Positions 47,697 through 56,714 of a stretch of DNA of 64,000 nt are shown piece by piece (within the stretch, counting starts at the first letter, position 1; each line of letters starts with the position of its first letter). The stretch comes from Candidatus Hydrogenedentota bacterium (GTDB taxonomy: Bacteria > Hydrogenedentota > Hydrogenedentia > Hydrogenedentales > SLHB01), in NCBI GenBank assembly GCA_963674865.2, contig CAXXYE010000004.1, forward strand, positions 288,001-352,000, written 5' to 3'. A model generated the notes under the pieces. It was given only the letters and a program-made list of their open reading frames with translations. It had not been told where the DNA came from and ran no database searches. Position numbers and translations under genes: made by a program.

Positions 47697-49574
47697 GTGA
47701 GCGGGGCATATGAGGCTATTCTACGGGCCACTCTCAGCGAGGAGAGTCTTGAGAAGCTGATGCGGCTTCCCAACCCTAAGCTTCATCAATTCGTCGCGGA
47801 TGCCGTGGAGCTCTGCAAGCCTGACGCGGTGTTCGTGTGCACGGACGCCCCGGCAGACATCGCTTACATAAGGCAGCGTGCTATTGAGACGGGGGAGGAG
47901 ACTCCGCTCGCCATCGAGGGCCACACGGTGCACTTCGATGGGTACCACGACCAAGCACGCGATAAGGCCAACACCAAATACCTTGTCCCGGCGGGACTTG
48001 ACCTGGGCGTCAACCTGAATTCGACCGCCAAGGACGACGGCCTTGCCGAGGTCAGGGAGTACCTGAAGGATAGTATGGCCGGGCGCGAGGCGCTTGTGCG
48101 TTTCTTCTGTTTGGGGCCGGTGAACTCCGAATTCTCGATTGCAGGCGTTCAGATTACAGACTCCGCCTACGTGGCCCATAGTGAGGATCTTCTGTATCGC
48201 CAAGGCTATGAGTACTTCAGGAGTATCGGCGATTCCGGTGATTTCTTCTGCGTTCTACACTCTTCAGGTGAGACGGAGAATTGCGTCAGCGTCAACGTGG
48301 ATAAGAGGCGGGTCTACATTGACATTGAAGACGAGATTGTCTACAGCGTGAACACGCAGTACGGCGGGAACACGATAGGCTTCAAGAAACTCGCGCTCCG
48401 CCTGGCGATCAGGAAGGCTGACCGCGAAGACTGGCTCGCCGAGCACATGTTTGTTATGGGCGTGCACGGCCCCCAAGAGCGCGTCACCTACTTCAGCGGG
48501 GCGTTTCCGAGCGCATGCGGCAAGACCTCGACGGCCATGCTGCCCGGCGAGACGATCATCGGCGACGACATCGCCTACATTCGCAATGTGGACGGGCAGG
48601 CCCGGGCGGTCAACGTTGAATTCGGAATCTTCGGGATCATCCAGGATGTAAATCCTAACGACGATCCGGTCATCAACAACGTGTTGACAACGCCCGGCGA
48701 GGTCATATTCTCGAACATCCTTGTCAAGGACAAGCGCCCCTACTGGCTCGGCATGGGATGTGAAATACCTTCCGATGGCGTCAATTACTCCGGAGAATGG
48801 TGCGCCGGCAAGAAGGATGCGGATGGAAAGGAGATCTCGCCAGCCCATAAGAATGCGCGGTACACCGTTTCCTTGGAAGCGTTGGCGAATCTGGATTCCC
48901 GCGCCGATGATCCCGCCGGCGTGCCGATACGCGGCATTGTATACGGCGGGCGCGACTCGAACACCTGGGTTCCGGTGCAGCAGTCGCTCGATTGGTCGCA
49001 CGGCGTCATTACCATGGGCGCCAGCTTGGAGTCGGAGACGACAGCGGCGGCGCTGGGACAGGAAGGCGTTCGCTCGCACCAGCCAATGTCGAACCTCGAT
49101 TTCGTCTCTATCACGCTCGGGCGCTATGTCCAGAACCATCTTGACTTTGGGCAGACGCTTGCGCAGACGCCCCTGATCTTCGCGGTCAACTACTTCCTGA
49201 AAGATGACGACGGGGCCTATCTTAACGGCATGGGCGACAAAGGGGTCTGGATGAAGTGGATGGAGCGCCGGGTGCATCAGGACGTAGGGGCCATTGAGGC
49301 GCCGACGGGTTTCATTCCGCTCTATGAGGATTTGAAGGTCCTCTTCAGCGAGCTTCTTAACACGGACTACACGAAGGAGCACTACGACGAGCAGTTCGCG
49401 ATACGCGTGCCGGAGAACCTGGCGAAATTGGAGCGGATAGAAGCCATCTATCGGAAGGGCGCCGCTGATGTGCCCGACCTTCTCTTCCAGGTACTTGAGG
49501 CCCAGCGCGTTAGGCTGGTCAATGCTCAGAAGAAGTACGGCGACAGAGTGGCGCCTTCCGCGCTGTGTAAGTAG
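47697..49574 (+). CDS. pckG: phosphoenolpyruvate carboxykinase (GTP)
   Basis: Motifs DQARD, QITDSAYV, YGGN, WLAEHM, GAFPSACGKTSTAM, GDDIAY and HKNARY. GTG start follows AAAGGAGG. Confidence 0.95.
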   Translation: MSGAYEAILRATLSEESLEKLMRLPNPKLHQFVADAVELCKPDAVFVCTDAPADIAYIRQRAIETGEETPLAIEGHTVHFDGYHDQARDKANTKYLVPAGLDLGVNLNSTAKDDGLAEVREYLKDSMAGREALVRFFCLGPVNSEFSIAGVQITDSAYVAHSEDLLYRQGYEYFRSIGDSGDFFCVLHSSGETENCVSVNVDKRRVYIDIEDEIVYSVNTQYGGNTIGFKKLALRLAIRKADREDWLAEHMFVMGVHGPQERVTYFSGAFPSACGKTSTAMLPGETIIGDDIAYIRNVDGQARAVNVEFGIFGIIQDVNPNDDPVINNVLTTPGEVIFSNILVKDKRPYWLGMGCEIPSDGVNYSGEWCAGKKDADGKEISPAHKNARYTVSLEALANLDSRADDPAGVPIRGIVYGGRDSNTWVPVQQSLDWSHGVITMGASLESETTAAALGQEGVRSHQPMSNLDFVSITLGRYVQNHLDFGQTLAQTPLIFAVNYFLKDDDGAYLNGMGDKGVWMKWMERRVHQDVGAIEAPTGFIPLYEDLKVLFSELLNTDYTKEHYDEQFAIRVPENLAKLERIEAIYRKGAADVPDLLFQVLEAQRVRLVNAQKKYGDRVAPSALCK

Positions 49575-49728
49575 AGGTCGCGAAACAGGTTGGGTGACTC
49601 GCAACGGACTCAGGACGGGAGTCGTAGGTTAGCGCGGCTTGAGCAAGGCGGGGCACGGTCTTCACTGCAAGCGGCACCGTTAAGCCGGCTTCTGGCAAGG
49701 GACTTTGAGTGGAGTTGAAACAACCCCT

Positions 49729-49755
49729 TTGCAAAAGAGTATAGTAGTGTATAAT
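49729..49755 (+). promoter_or_regulatory. putative sigma-70 promoter of the two micro-ORFs
   Basis: Perfect TATAAT at 49750-49755 in an AT-rich patch. TTGCAA at 49729-49734 gives a short 15-nt spacer; TTGAAA also occurs at 49715-49720. Confidence 0.55.
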
Positions 49756-49804
49756 AATTGACAAGGTACGGTGTGGACCGTGGCGATAGAGGAGAAGCTT
49801 ACAC

Positions 49805-49951
49805 ATGAAACACGCGATCGTGATTTCGCGTCTGCCGCAACGGGCTCAGACAGGCGACACTGACATCCCTGATGAGAAGTACGAACTGTGGGAGGCCTTG
49901 GTAGATCTGGGCATTGAGTATGCATTTAGGAAGACCGGTGGCGGCTTCTGA
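49805..49951 (+). CDS. small hypothetical peptide A (48 aa)
   Basis: MKHAIVISRLPQRAQTGDTDIPDEKYELWEALVDLGIEYAFRKTGGGF; RBS AGAGGAG; similar to the adjacent peptide B; below the ORF-track length cutoff. Confidence 0.75.
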   Translation: MKHAIVISRLPQRAQTGDTDIPDEKYELWEALVDLGIEYAFRKTGGGF

Positions 49952-49975
49952 AGCTGTTAGTGGGAGGGCCTCAAA

Positions 49976-50152
49976 ATGAAACACCGCAAGCACTGCGTGG
50001 CGATCTCGAGCGTACCTGCGGCAGGGCAAGATGATAATCTTGAGCAGAAGTACGAGAGCTTGACGAACATCGTATACGACCTTGCCTATGTTGGCCGGCA
50101 AGCGGACTGGGGAAAGATCCATCCGATAGACGACGACAACAACAACAATTGA
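49976..50152 (+). CDS. small hypothetical peptide B (58 aa)
   Basis: MKHRKHCVAISSVPAAGQDDNLEQKYESLTNIVYDLAYVGRQADWGKIHPIDDDNNNN; RBS GGGAGG; similar to peptide A. Confidence 0.75.
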   Translation: MKHRKHCVAISSVPAAGQDDNLEQKYESLTNIVYDLAYVGRQADWGKIHPIDDDNNNN

Positions 50153-50196
50153 CGAGGCCGGCCAAGAGGTCAGGCATCGCAACATTTTTTTGTGCG

Positions 50197-50235
50197 ACCG
50201 GCTTCGCAGGCGTGGGCCTGCGAAGCCGGTTTTCT
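50197..50235 (+). terminator. intrinsic terminator hairpin between the peptide pair and the convergent kinase gene
   Basis: Perfect 15-bp stem ACCGGCTTCGCAGGC-GTGG-GCCTGCGAAGCCGGT followed by TTTCT on the plus strand. Confidence 0.8.
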
Positions 50236-50296
50236 GTGCGGAAAGGGCTACAGGGCGGAGCGAAGGCGCTTGCCTGTTGGGCAAGAAAGGTGCTTT

Positions 50297-51136
50297 CTAG
50301 ATGCGGCTTCGGCCGATGGTGGCGAGCCGTATGCGAAGCTGGTCGCAGTCGTTGAAGCGGTTCTTGGGGTCCTTCTCGACCATCTTCATAATGACATCGC
50401 CGAGGTCAGGCGGGCATTGGGGATTGACTTGGTGAGGGTGATCCGGGGTGACATGGAGATGGCAGTGGTACAGTGCGTCCAGACTGTCCACCTGAAAGGG
50501 GAGGGCCCCGGTGAACATGAGATACAGCGCGATGCCGAGGGAGTAGATATCGCTCTGGGGGGTGGATTTCTGCTTTCTGATAAGCTCGGGGGCCACATAC
50601 ATCGGCGTAATCTGCTCATTGGCGCCGGGATCAAACAGTGACAAGAGATGCGAGCCGGACAGGGAGTAGTCCGTCAACTTTGCGACGCCTTTCCGAGTGA
50701 ACAAGATGTTGGACGGCTTCAGATCGTGGTGGGTAAATCCCTTCTCGTGGATGTACTGCAACCCGTTGCATATCTGAGCGATAATGACCAGCCGCTCCTG
50801 CAAGTTCCAGGGGCGGTTCTCGATGTACCATTTTAGGTCCGGCCCGTCAACGTATTCCAGCACGAGGCAGTTGCCCTCGTCACCCGTGATGAACTCCATG
50901 ACCTTGGTTACGTTAATATGGTCGAATTTACGAAACTTCTTGACGCTCCTTGTGAAGTCCTTCAGGTGCAGTCGATTACGGAAGAAATTGGCCCGGAATA
51001 GCTTGACGGCTACCACGTTGCCCGACTTCTCGTCAATGGCTCGGTAGACGGTGCCGGAGCCCCCTTTGCCAAGGGTGCGGTCCAGCCGGAACCTGTAGAG
51101 CTTTGGCCTGTCCGGCAGTTTGAGGTCTTCGCTCAT
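50297..51136 (-). CDS. Hanks-type Ser/Thr protein kinase, catalytic domain only
   Basis: Motifs LGKGGSGTVY, VAVK, LEYVDG, HHDLKPSN, DYS, YVAPE and SDIYSLG; ATG at 51136. Confidence 0.9.
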   Translation of the reverse strand: MSEDLKLPDRPKLYRFRLDRTLGKGGSGTVYRAIDEKSGNVVAVKLFRANFFRNRLHLKDFTRSVKKFRKFDHINVTKVMEFITGDEGNCLVLEYVDGPDLKWYIENRPWNLQERLVIIAQICNGLQYIHEKGFTHHDLKPSNILFTRKGVAKLTDYSLSGSHLLSLFDPGANEQITPMYVAPELIRKQKSTPQSDIYSLGIALYLMFTGALPFQVDSLDALYHCHLHVTPDHPHQVNPQCPPDLGDVIMKMVEKDPKNRFNDCDQLRIRLATIGRSRI

Positions 51137-51146
51137 AGTACGGATC

Positions 51147-51545
51147 TCATCGAGGTTGCGGGACATCCAACTCAAGGTCGATACGGGGGGCGTCGGCCCA
51201 CAAGCCGTCCAAATCGTAAAACTCCCGCGCCTCCGTCCTGAAGATATGGACAATGATGGCGCCGTAGTCGAGCACCAACCAGCCGCCCGTCGACTCGCCC
51301 TCCGCGTGCAAGGGGGCAATGCCGATGTCTTTCATGCCCACTTTGATCGTGTTGAGTATGGCTCGGAACTGGGGCTGGCTTGACGCGCCGCAAATGATAA
51401 GTGCATCGGCGACCAGTGTGAGGCCCCGAACGTCATAGGCGCGTATATCGGAGGCCTTGACATGATAGGCGAGGTCGGCGATCCGCCTGGTATTGGGCAT
51501 GAAATCGGGCTCAGATCGTTTGGTTTTGGCGACGAGTTTCCCCAA
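51147..51545 (-). CDS. rsfS: ribosome silencing factor (Iojap family)
   Basis: Motifs KASDIRAYDV and EGESTGGWLVLDYGAIIVHIF..REFYDLDGLWADA; the start may instead be ATG 51500. Confidence 0.92.
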   Translation of the reverse strand: MGKLVAKTKRSEPDFMPNTRRIADLAYHVKASDIRAYDVRGLTLVADALIICGASSQPQFRAILNTIKVGMKDIGIAPLHAEGESTGGWLVLDYGAIIVHIFRTEAREFYDLDGLWADAPRIDLELDVPQPR

Positions 51546-51561
51546 ATCGGACTACTTTCCT

Positions 51562-52995
51562 TTACTCCGTTCCGAGCTTTTGCCTGAGCATTTCATTGAC
51601 GACCTTCGGATTGGCCTTTCCCTTTGTCGCCTTCATCACCTGGCCCATCAGGAACTGAAGGGCCTTCGCCGTGCCGCCCTTGAAATCGGCCACGGGGCCC
51701 GGATTCGACGCGATGACCTCTTGCACGATGCGCTCGAGTTCGCCCGTGTCGCTTATCTGGATCAAGCCCTTCTCTTCCACCAGTGTCTTAGGGGGCTTGC
51801 CGGACTCGAATACACCGACAAGTACCTCTTTGGCGATCTTGCGGCTGATCGTACCACTCTCGATGAGGCCGATCATCTCCGCTAGATGCGCGGGCGCGAC
51901 ACGGCACGCATCGATCTCCACCTTGCTGTCCAGAAGCAGACGCTGCAAGTCGCCCATCATCCAGTTTGCCGTCTCCTTGGCCGGGGCGCCGGCTTGGCGC
52001 ACGGCCTCGAAGTAATCAGCCACCGGACGCAGGGCCGTGAGGGCGTCAGCGTCGTAATCCGATAGCCCGTGGACCTCCATGAAGCGCTTCTTTCGCGCCT
52101 GAGGCAACTCGGGCAGTGATTGACGAATCTCATCTTCCCAAGCTTCGGACACCGCGATCGGCACAAGGTCGGGCTCAGGGAAGTAGCGATAATCGTGGGC
52201 GGACTCTTTGCTCCGCTGGGAGAAGGTAATCTCGCGCTCGGCGTCCCAGCCGCGAGTCTCCTGGATGATGACGCCCCCGTCTTCGAGGACTTCGCGTTGC
52301 CGCGCGATTTCATAGTCGATGGCCTTCTGGGTGCCGCTGAAGGAGGCCACATTCTTCACCTCGGTTTTGGTGCCGAACTCCTCGGCACCGGCGGGGCGCA
52401 AGCTGATGTTGGCCTCCGCGCGCAGCGAGCCCTCCTCCATATTGCAGTCACTGGCGCCAAGGTATTGGATGATCTGTTTGAGGGCCGTCAGATATGCGTA
52501 GGCTTCGTCCGCGCTGCGGATGTCCGGCTCGGTTACGATCTCAAGAAGCGGCACGCCGCTCCGGTTGAAATCGACCCCGCTTCTCCCGCCGCCAATGGTG
52601 TGGGTGTTGCGGGCGGTATCTTCTTCGAGATGCGCCCGGTGGATGCGGATACGCTTGGCGCGCCCGTCCACGTTGACATCGATCGAGCCGTTGCTGCAAA
52701 GCGGCAGGTCGTATTGACTAATCTGGTAATTCTTCGCCATGTCTGGATAGAAGTAATTCTTGCGGTCCATCTTGGACCACCGGGACACGCTGCAGTTCAG
52801 GGCAAGGCCGACGGCTACGGCGTGGGTGATGGCTTTCTCATTGAGTACGGGCAGTACACCGGGCATGCCCAGGCAAACGGGACACACATTGGTGTTGGGC
52901 GGAGCATGGAAGTCCGTGCTGCATCCGCAGAACACCTTCGAGCGGGTGTTGAGTTCGACGTGCACTTCCATGCCTATGACGGCTTCGTAATCCAT
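51562..52995 (-). CDS. gatB: Asp-tRNA(Asn)/Glu-tRNA(Gln) amidotransferase subunit B
   Basis: Motifs VIGMEVHVEL, CLGMPGVLP, RKNYFYPD, HLEED, DFNRSGVPLLEIVTEPD and DYRYFPEPD. Confidence 0.98.
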   Translation of the reverse strand: MDYEAVIGMEVHVELNTRSKVFCGCSTDFHAPPNTNVCPVCLGMPGVLPVLNEKAITHAVAVGLALNCSVSRWSKMDRKNYFYPDMAKNYQISQYDLPLCSNGSIDVNVDGRAKRIRIHRAHLEEDTARNTHTIGGGRSGVDFNRSGVPLLEIVTEPDIRSADEAYAYLTALKQIIQYLGASDCNMEEGSLRAEANISLRPAGAEEFGTKTEVKNVASFSGTQKAIDYEIARQREVLEDGGVIIQETRGWDAEREITFSQRSKESAHDYRYFPEPDLVPIAVSEAWEDEIRQSLPELPQARKKRFMEVHGLSDYDADALTALRPVADYFEAVRQAGAPAKETANWMMGDLQRLLLDSKVEIDACRVAPAHLAEMIGLIESGTISRKIAKEVLVGVFESGKPPKTLVEEKGLIQISDTGELERIVQEVIASNPGPVADFKGGTAKALQFLMGQVMKATKGKANPKVVNEMLRQKLGTE

Positions 52996-53004
52996 TCGCT
53001 CTCT

Positions 53005-54474
53005 CTACGCCAGCGGGGGAGTGCCCATTTCGAATCCCCGGTTTCTCTCGTAGCTGTACGCAACCCGGATCAGCGTCTCCTCGTCGAAGGGCTTTCCAAG
53101 AAGCTGTAAACCTGCGGGAAGGCCATCTGCCGTTAGCCCGCACGGAACGGATACGCCGGGAATGCCGGCCAGGTTGGTTGAGATGGTGTAAATGTCGCTG
53201 AGGTACATCTGCAGCGGATCGGCGGTTTTCTCGCCGAACCGAAACGCTGGCGTGGGGGAGGTTGGTGTCACGATGACATCGCACTCCCGGAACGCTTCGG
53301 TGAAGTCGCGGCGTATGAGCGAGCGGACTTTCTGGGCCTTCAGGTAGTAGGCGTCGTAGTAGCCGCTGGACAGGACATAGGTGCCCAGCATGATACGACG
53401 CTGCACTTCCCGGCCGAAGCCCTGGCTCTTGGTATCGTGATAGAGGGCCTCCACGTTTTCCGGGGCCGGGGCCCGATAGCCATAGCGCACGCCGTCGAAG
53501 CGGGCCAAGTTGGCGCTCGCCTCGGCCGTGCAGATGATGTAATACACGGCGATGGCATAGTCCGTATGCGGGAGCGACACTTCGACCACCTTCGCGCCTT
53601 GGGCTTTCAACACGTCAACGGCTTCGGCGACTTTGGAGCGCATCTCTCGGCCCAAGGCATCGGTGAAGTATTCCTTCGGAAGTCCTACCGTGATATCCCC
53701 GATATCATCGCGGAGCGCGGAGGTGAAGTCCGGTACCTCAAGCGCGGCCGAGGTGGAATCGCGGGAATCGAGTCCGCAGAGCGTGTTGAGGATCAGGGCG
53801 AGGTCTTCGGCGTCTTTGGCGAAGGGCCCTATCTGATCGAGCGAGGAGGCAAAGGCGACGAGCCCATAACGAGACACGCGGCCGTAGGTGGGCTTCATGC
53901 CGATGCAGCCGCACAATGCCGCCGGTTGCCGAATGGAGCCGCCGGTGTCACTGCCGAGGGCGAAGGCGCACTCATCGGCTGCCACGGCCGCCGCGGAGCC
54001 GCCGCTTGAGCCGCCCGGAACACAGTCCAGATTCCATGGATTGCAGGTTGTCTGAACGGCGGAGTTTTCCGTGGACGATCCCATGGCAAACTCGTCCATG
54101 TTGAGTTTGCCTAGGAACACGGCGCCCGCATCTTCCAGGCGAGCCACGACGGTGGCGTCAAAAGGGCTTCGATAGCCCTTCAAGATCTTCGAGCAGCATG
54201 CGGTTGATCCGAGCCGCGTACACAGAACATCCTTCAGGCCTACCGGCACACCGGCTAGAGGGCCGACGTCTTCGCCCTTCTTGAGCCGTTGATCGATTTG
54301 CGCGGCGCGTGCTAGGGCCGGTTCCTTCCAGACGTCCACAAAGGCCCGGACCTGTGCATCAACCTGCTCGATGCGGTTGAGGAAGCTCTGGGTGATGCCT
54401 TCGGCTGACACGTCGCCCTCGCGAACGGCGCGGGCGATTTCGTGGGCGGTGCAGCGATACCAATCCTGGGCCAT
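53005..54474 (-). CDS. gatA: Asp-tRNA(Asn)/Glu-tRNA(Gln) amidotransferase subunit A
   Basis: Motifs GKLNMDEFAMGSSTENS, PGGSSGGSAAAV, GSDTGGSIRQPA and RRIMLGTYVLSSGYYDAYY. Confidence 0.98.
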   Translation of the reverse strand: MAQDWYRCTAHEIARAVREGDVSAEGITQSFLNRIEQVDAQVRAFVDVWKEPALARAAQIDQRLKKGEDVGPLAGVPVGLKDVLCTRLGSTACCSKILKGYRSPFDATVVARLEDAGAVFLGKLNMDEFAMGSSTENSAVQTTCNPWNLDCVPGGSSGGSAAAVAADECAFALGSDTGGSIRQPAALCGCIGMKPTYGRVSRYGLVAFASSLDQIGPFAKDAEDLALILNTLCGLDSRDSTSAALEVPDFTSALRDDIGDITVGLPKEYFTDALGREMRSKVAEAVDVLKAQGAKVVEVSLPHTDYAIAVYYIICTAEASANLARFDGVRYGYRAPAPENVEALYHDTKSQGFGREVQRRIMLGTYVLSSGYYDAYYLKAQKVRSLIRRDFTEAFRECDVIVTPTSPTPAFRFGEKTADPLQMYLSDIYTISTNLAGIPGVSVPCGLTADGLPAGLQLLGKPFDEETLIRVAYSYERNRGFEMGTPPLA

Positions 54475-54477
54475 ACG

Positions 54478-54774
54478 TCAGTCCACATCCAGGATTTGGG
54501 GCACCAGAAAGTATTCCCCGTCGGTTTCCGGCGCGTTGCTGAGGGCCGTGTCGCGCTCTAGTGACGGTTGCACCTCATCAGGCCGGTAGACATTGCTCAT
54601 GTCGAGGACATGCATCATCGGCTCGACGTCAGACGTGTCCAGCTCGTTCAGCTTGTCCATGTAGGCGAGAATATCCCCCAACTCGCCGACTAGGCGCTCT
54701 TTAGTCGCTTCATCCAGCGTGAGCTGGGCGAGTCCCGCGACGTATTCAACGTCTTTCTTCGTAATCTTTGCCAT
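54478..54774 (-). CDS. gatC: Asp-tRNA(Asn)/Glu-tRNA(Gln) amidotransferase subunit C
   Basis: Sequence ITKKDVEYVAGLAQL..LNELDTSDVEP..NAP..YFLVP; directly upstream of gatA. Confidence 0.96.
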   Translation of the reverse strand: MAKITKKDVEYVAGLAQLTLDEATKERLVGELGDILAYMDKLNELDTSDVEPMMHVLDMSNVYRPDEVQPSLERDTALSNAPETDGEYFLVPQILDVD

Positions 54775-54814
54775 GATTTCACACTATCCGAATGGAGGGA
54801 ATTCCACAGGCAGA

Positions 54815-54844
54815 ATCGTAGCACACGGCGCTAGGACTTGTCCA
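54815..54844 (-). promoter_or_regulatory. putative sigma-70 promoter of gatCAB
   Basis: Minus strand TGGACA-N18-TACGAT with a TG extended -10 element. Confidence 0.4.
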
Positions 54845-55090
54845 AAGACGCTCGGCCCAGCCGGAGCTATCCGGCCCGGCCGAGAGGCGTCTCATCGGTG
54901 CGGTCACTAGTCCTCCGGCACCATGGAGGATAAACGGTGTTTGATCAGTGAAAGCCATCTCACGCATCATTAGCACGGCCAAGGGGCCGACAACGCGCGC
55001 AGGTGATCCGGGTGGCCTGGGGCCAATTGTGCCGCGCGGCAAGTCATTAGAGGAAATGGCGTTCGCCAGATGAGCGATTTCACCTAATGG

Positions 55091-55939
55091 GTGAGCAGGT
55101 TTCTGGAGGAGAAGTCGAACAGAGGCGCCAAGTGCGCGGCACTGTCGAATCAATCGGCGATTGCGGTAGGTGACGTATTGCTGGATTTTGTCGAGTACAC
55201 TTCAGGACGCAGGCATGCCCGGGTGCGCCGTGAATGGGCGGATGCCATTTCGGGTGCGCTGTTGGAAGGGACGGGATGCGTGTCGGCCGAGGCGGGCGGC
55301 CGGGGACGGCTGGTACGCTTCGAGTATGGTGAGGGGCAGGCGCTTATTAGGCGATACCGGCGCGGCGGCGTTGTTCGCCATTTCACGCGGGAATCCTACC
55401 TCCTGGTAAACCGCCCGCTGCTTGAGTTGCGGGTGCTCACGCGACTCTTTGAGAGCGGTTTCCCGGTTCCGGAGCCGCTCGGCGTTGTGTGGGAGCGGCG
55501 CGGGCCGCTCTACCGCGGTGCGCTGGCAACCGCCGAGGTCGCTGGGGCAGATTTGCATACCTACCTCACGCGCGGCGCCCGAGCCCCCGAGGGCATCATG
55601 CGAAACGTCGGCGAGACATTCCGCCGGATGCATGACTTGGGCGTGTTCCACGCCGATCTTCAGGTGCGCAATGTGCTTGTGACGGGGCGCGGCATCGTGC
55701 TCTTGGACTTTGACAACGCCCGCCTGGTGGGGGGACTGTCAAAGGTCGCGCGGGCAAGAAATCTACTGCGATTCCGGCGCTCGCTCGATAAGAACGGTAT
55801 CCCGCTTGCGCTGTTTCAGCCACTGTGGGACGGATATGGCCGCGAGCCGCTGCCTGCTTGGCTTGACAGGTTCTACACGCTCAAGGGACGTGCGTCCGAC
55901 ATACTGGCGGGACGCCGAAGGCGCCGCCGGAATGGATGA
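55091..55939 (+). CDS. lipopolysaccharide kinase, Kdo-kinase-like (Kdo/WaaP family)
   Basis: Motifs GGRG, RRYRRGG, PVPEP, HDLGVFHADL..RNVL, LLDFD and NLLRFRRSLDK; start uncertain. Confidence 0.85.
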   Translation: MSRFLEEKSNRGAKCAALSNQSAIAVGDVLLDFVEYTSGRRHARVRREWADAISGALLEGTGCVSAEAGGRGRLVRFEYGEGQALIRRYRRGGVVRHFTRESYLLVNRPLLELRVLTRLFESGFPVPEPLGVVWERRGPLYRGALATAEVAGADLHTYLTRGARAPEGIMRNVGETFRRMHDLGVFHADLQVRNVLVTGRGIVLLDFDNARLVGGLSKVARARNLLRFRRSLDKNGIPLALFQPLWDGYGREPLPAWLDRFYTLKGRASDILAGRRRRRRNG

Positions 55940-56714
55940 CGGCACGCCGGAAGTGCGGATCGAGCGTTGCGGAGCACTCACTATCTACCGTGACGAAGGC
56001 TTTCCCGCGGAAAGCGTGCGGGCGATTCTAGACACGCCGGGCGAGCCGCTCAAGACCTCCCGCAAATCCACTACGCGCCGTGTGGGTGAGTGGGTGGTCA
56101 AAGAGAGCTGTATGGAGGGCGGCCTGGCCATTCTGAAACACACCTTTGCGCGCCGGCGTTACAGACAAGCATGGCGGGCCGGGCGGCATTTGCTGCGGCA
56201 TGGTGTGCTGGCGCCGCGGCCCGTGGCATTCATTGAGAGGGGACTTGGGGGACTTCTGTGGGGGCACGCTCTGATCTCCGAGTTCCTGGTAGGCTGTGGG
56301 AACGTCGAGGCCCACGCAAAGAGCCTGGGGGAGGAGGGCGCGTCTCGAGAAGTGATCCGAGCCTTCCTGGAGGGACTTGCACAAGCCGTTCATGCCTTGA
56401 GCGCCGCGGGCGCGTACCACAGCGATCTGTCGGGCAAGAACATCTTCACGCGCGACGGAAGGCAGTTTTACTTCATCGATCTCGACGGCGTCGTGCTCAA
56501 CCGGCCGTATACGGACGCCATGCGCCTGAAGAATCTCGTGCAGCTATACGACTCCTTCTGCGATCTATGGGGGCCGGATCTCCTGGATCCTTTCATTGCG
56601 CACATGTTGCCATCGGGACACGACGTGTCATCTTGGGCGGCTGCCGTCCACGATGGACAGGCCAAGAGGCGTGCCCGTATCGAGGCCATCTGGCGGAGGG
56701 AGGGCAAATGCTGA
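55932..56714 (+). CDS. lipopolysaccharide kinase (Kdo/WaaP/InaA family)
   Basis: Motifs WVVKE, YHSDLSGKNIF, FIDLDG and KNLVQL; ATG 55932 overlaps the previous gene. Confidence 0.8.
   Translation: MDDGTPEVRIERCGALTIYRDEGFPAESVRAILDTPGEPLKTSRKSTTRRVGEWVVKESCMEGGLAILKHTFARRRYRQAWRAGRHLLRHGVLAPRPVAFIERGLGGLLWGHALISEFLVGCGNVEAHAKSLGEEGASREVIRAFLEGLAQAVHALSAAGAYHSDLSGKNIFTRDGRQFYFIDLDGVVLNRPYTDAMRLKNLVQLYDSFCDLWGPDLLDPFIAHMLPSGHDVSSWAAAVHDGQAKRRARIEAIWRREGKC

Noticed and set aside
47584..47700. 38-aa ORF whose stop overlaps the pckG start (possible leader peptide)
   Set aside because: Weak RBS, no informative composition, and such an overlap can arise by chance.
48264..49604. 446-aa minus-strand ORF, and similar ones at 12143-13249, 35769-37004, 56468-57817 and 62055-63224
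   Set aside because: All are antisense to well-supported genes and lack recognisable domains.
50129..50149. GAC/AAC trinucleotide run
   Set aside because: Short, and simply encodes the DDDNNNN tail of peptide B; not a separate repeat element.
49799..50284. 161-aa and 68-aa minus-strand ORFs across the pckG-kinase gap
   Set aside because: No clear RBS or motifs; the plus-strand micro-ORFs better explain the promoter, RBS and terminator signals.
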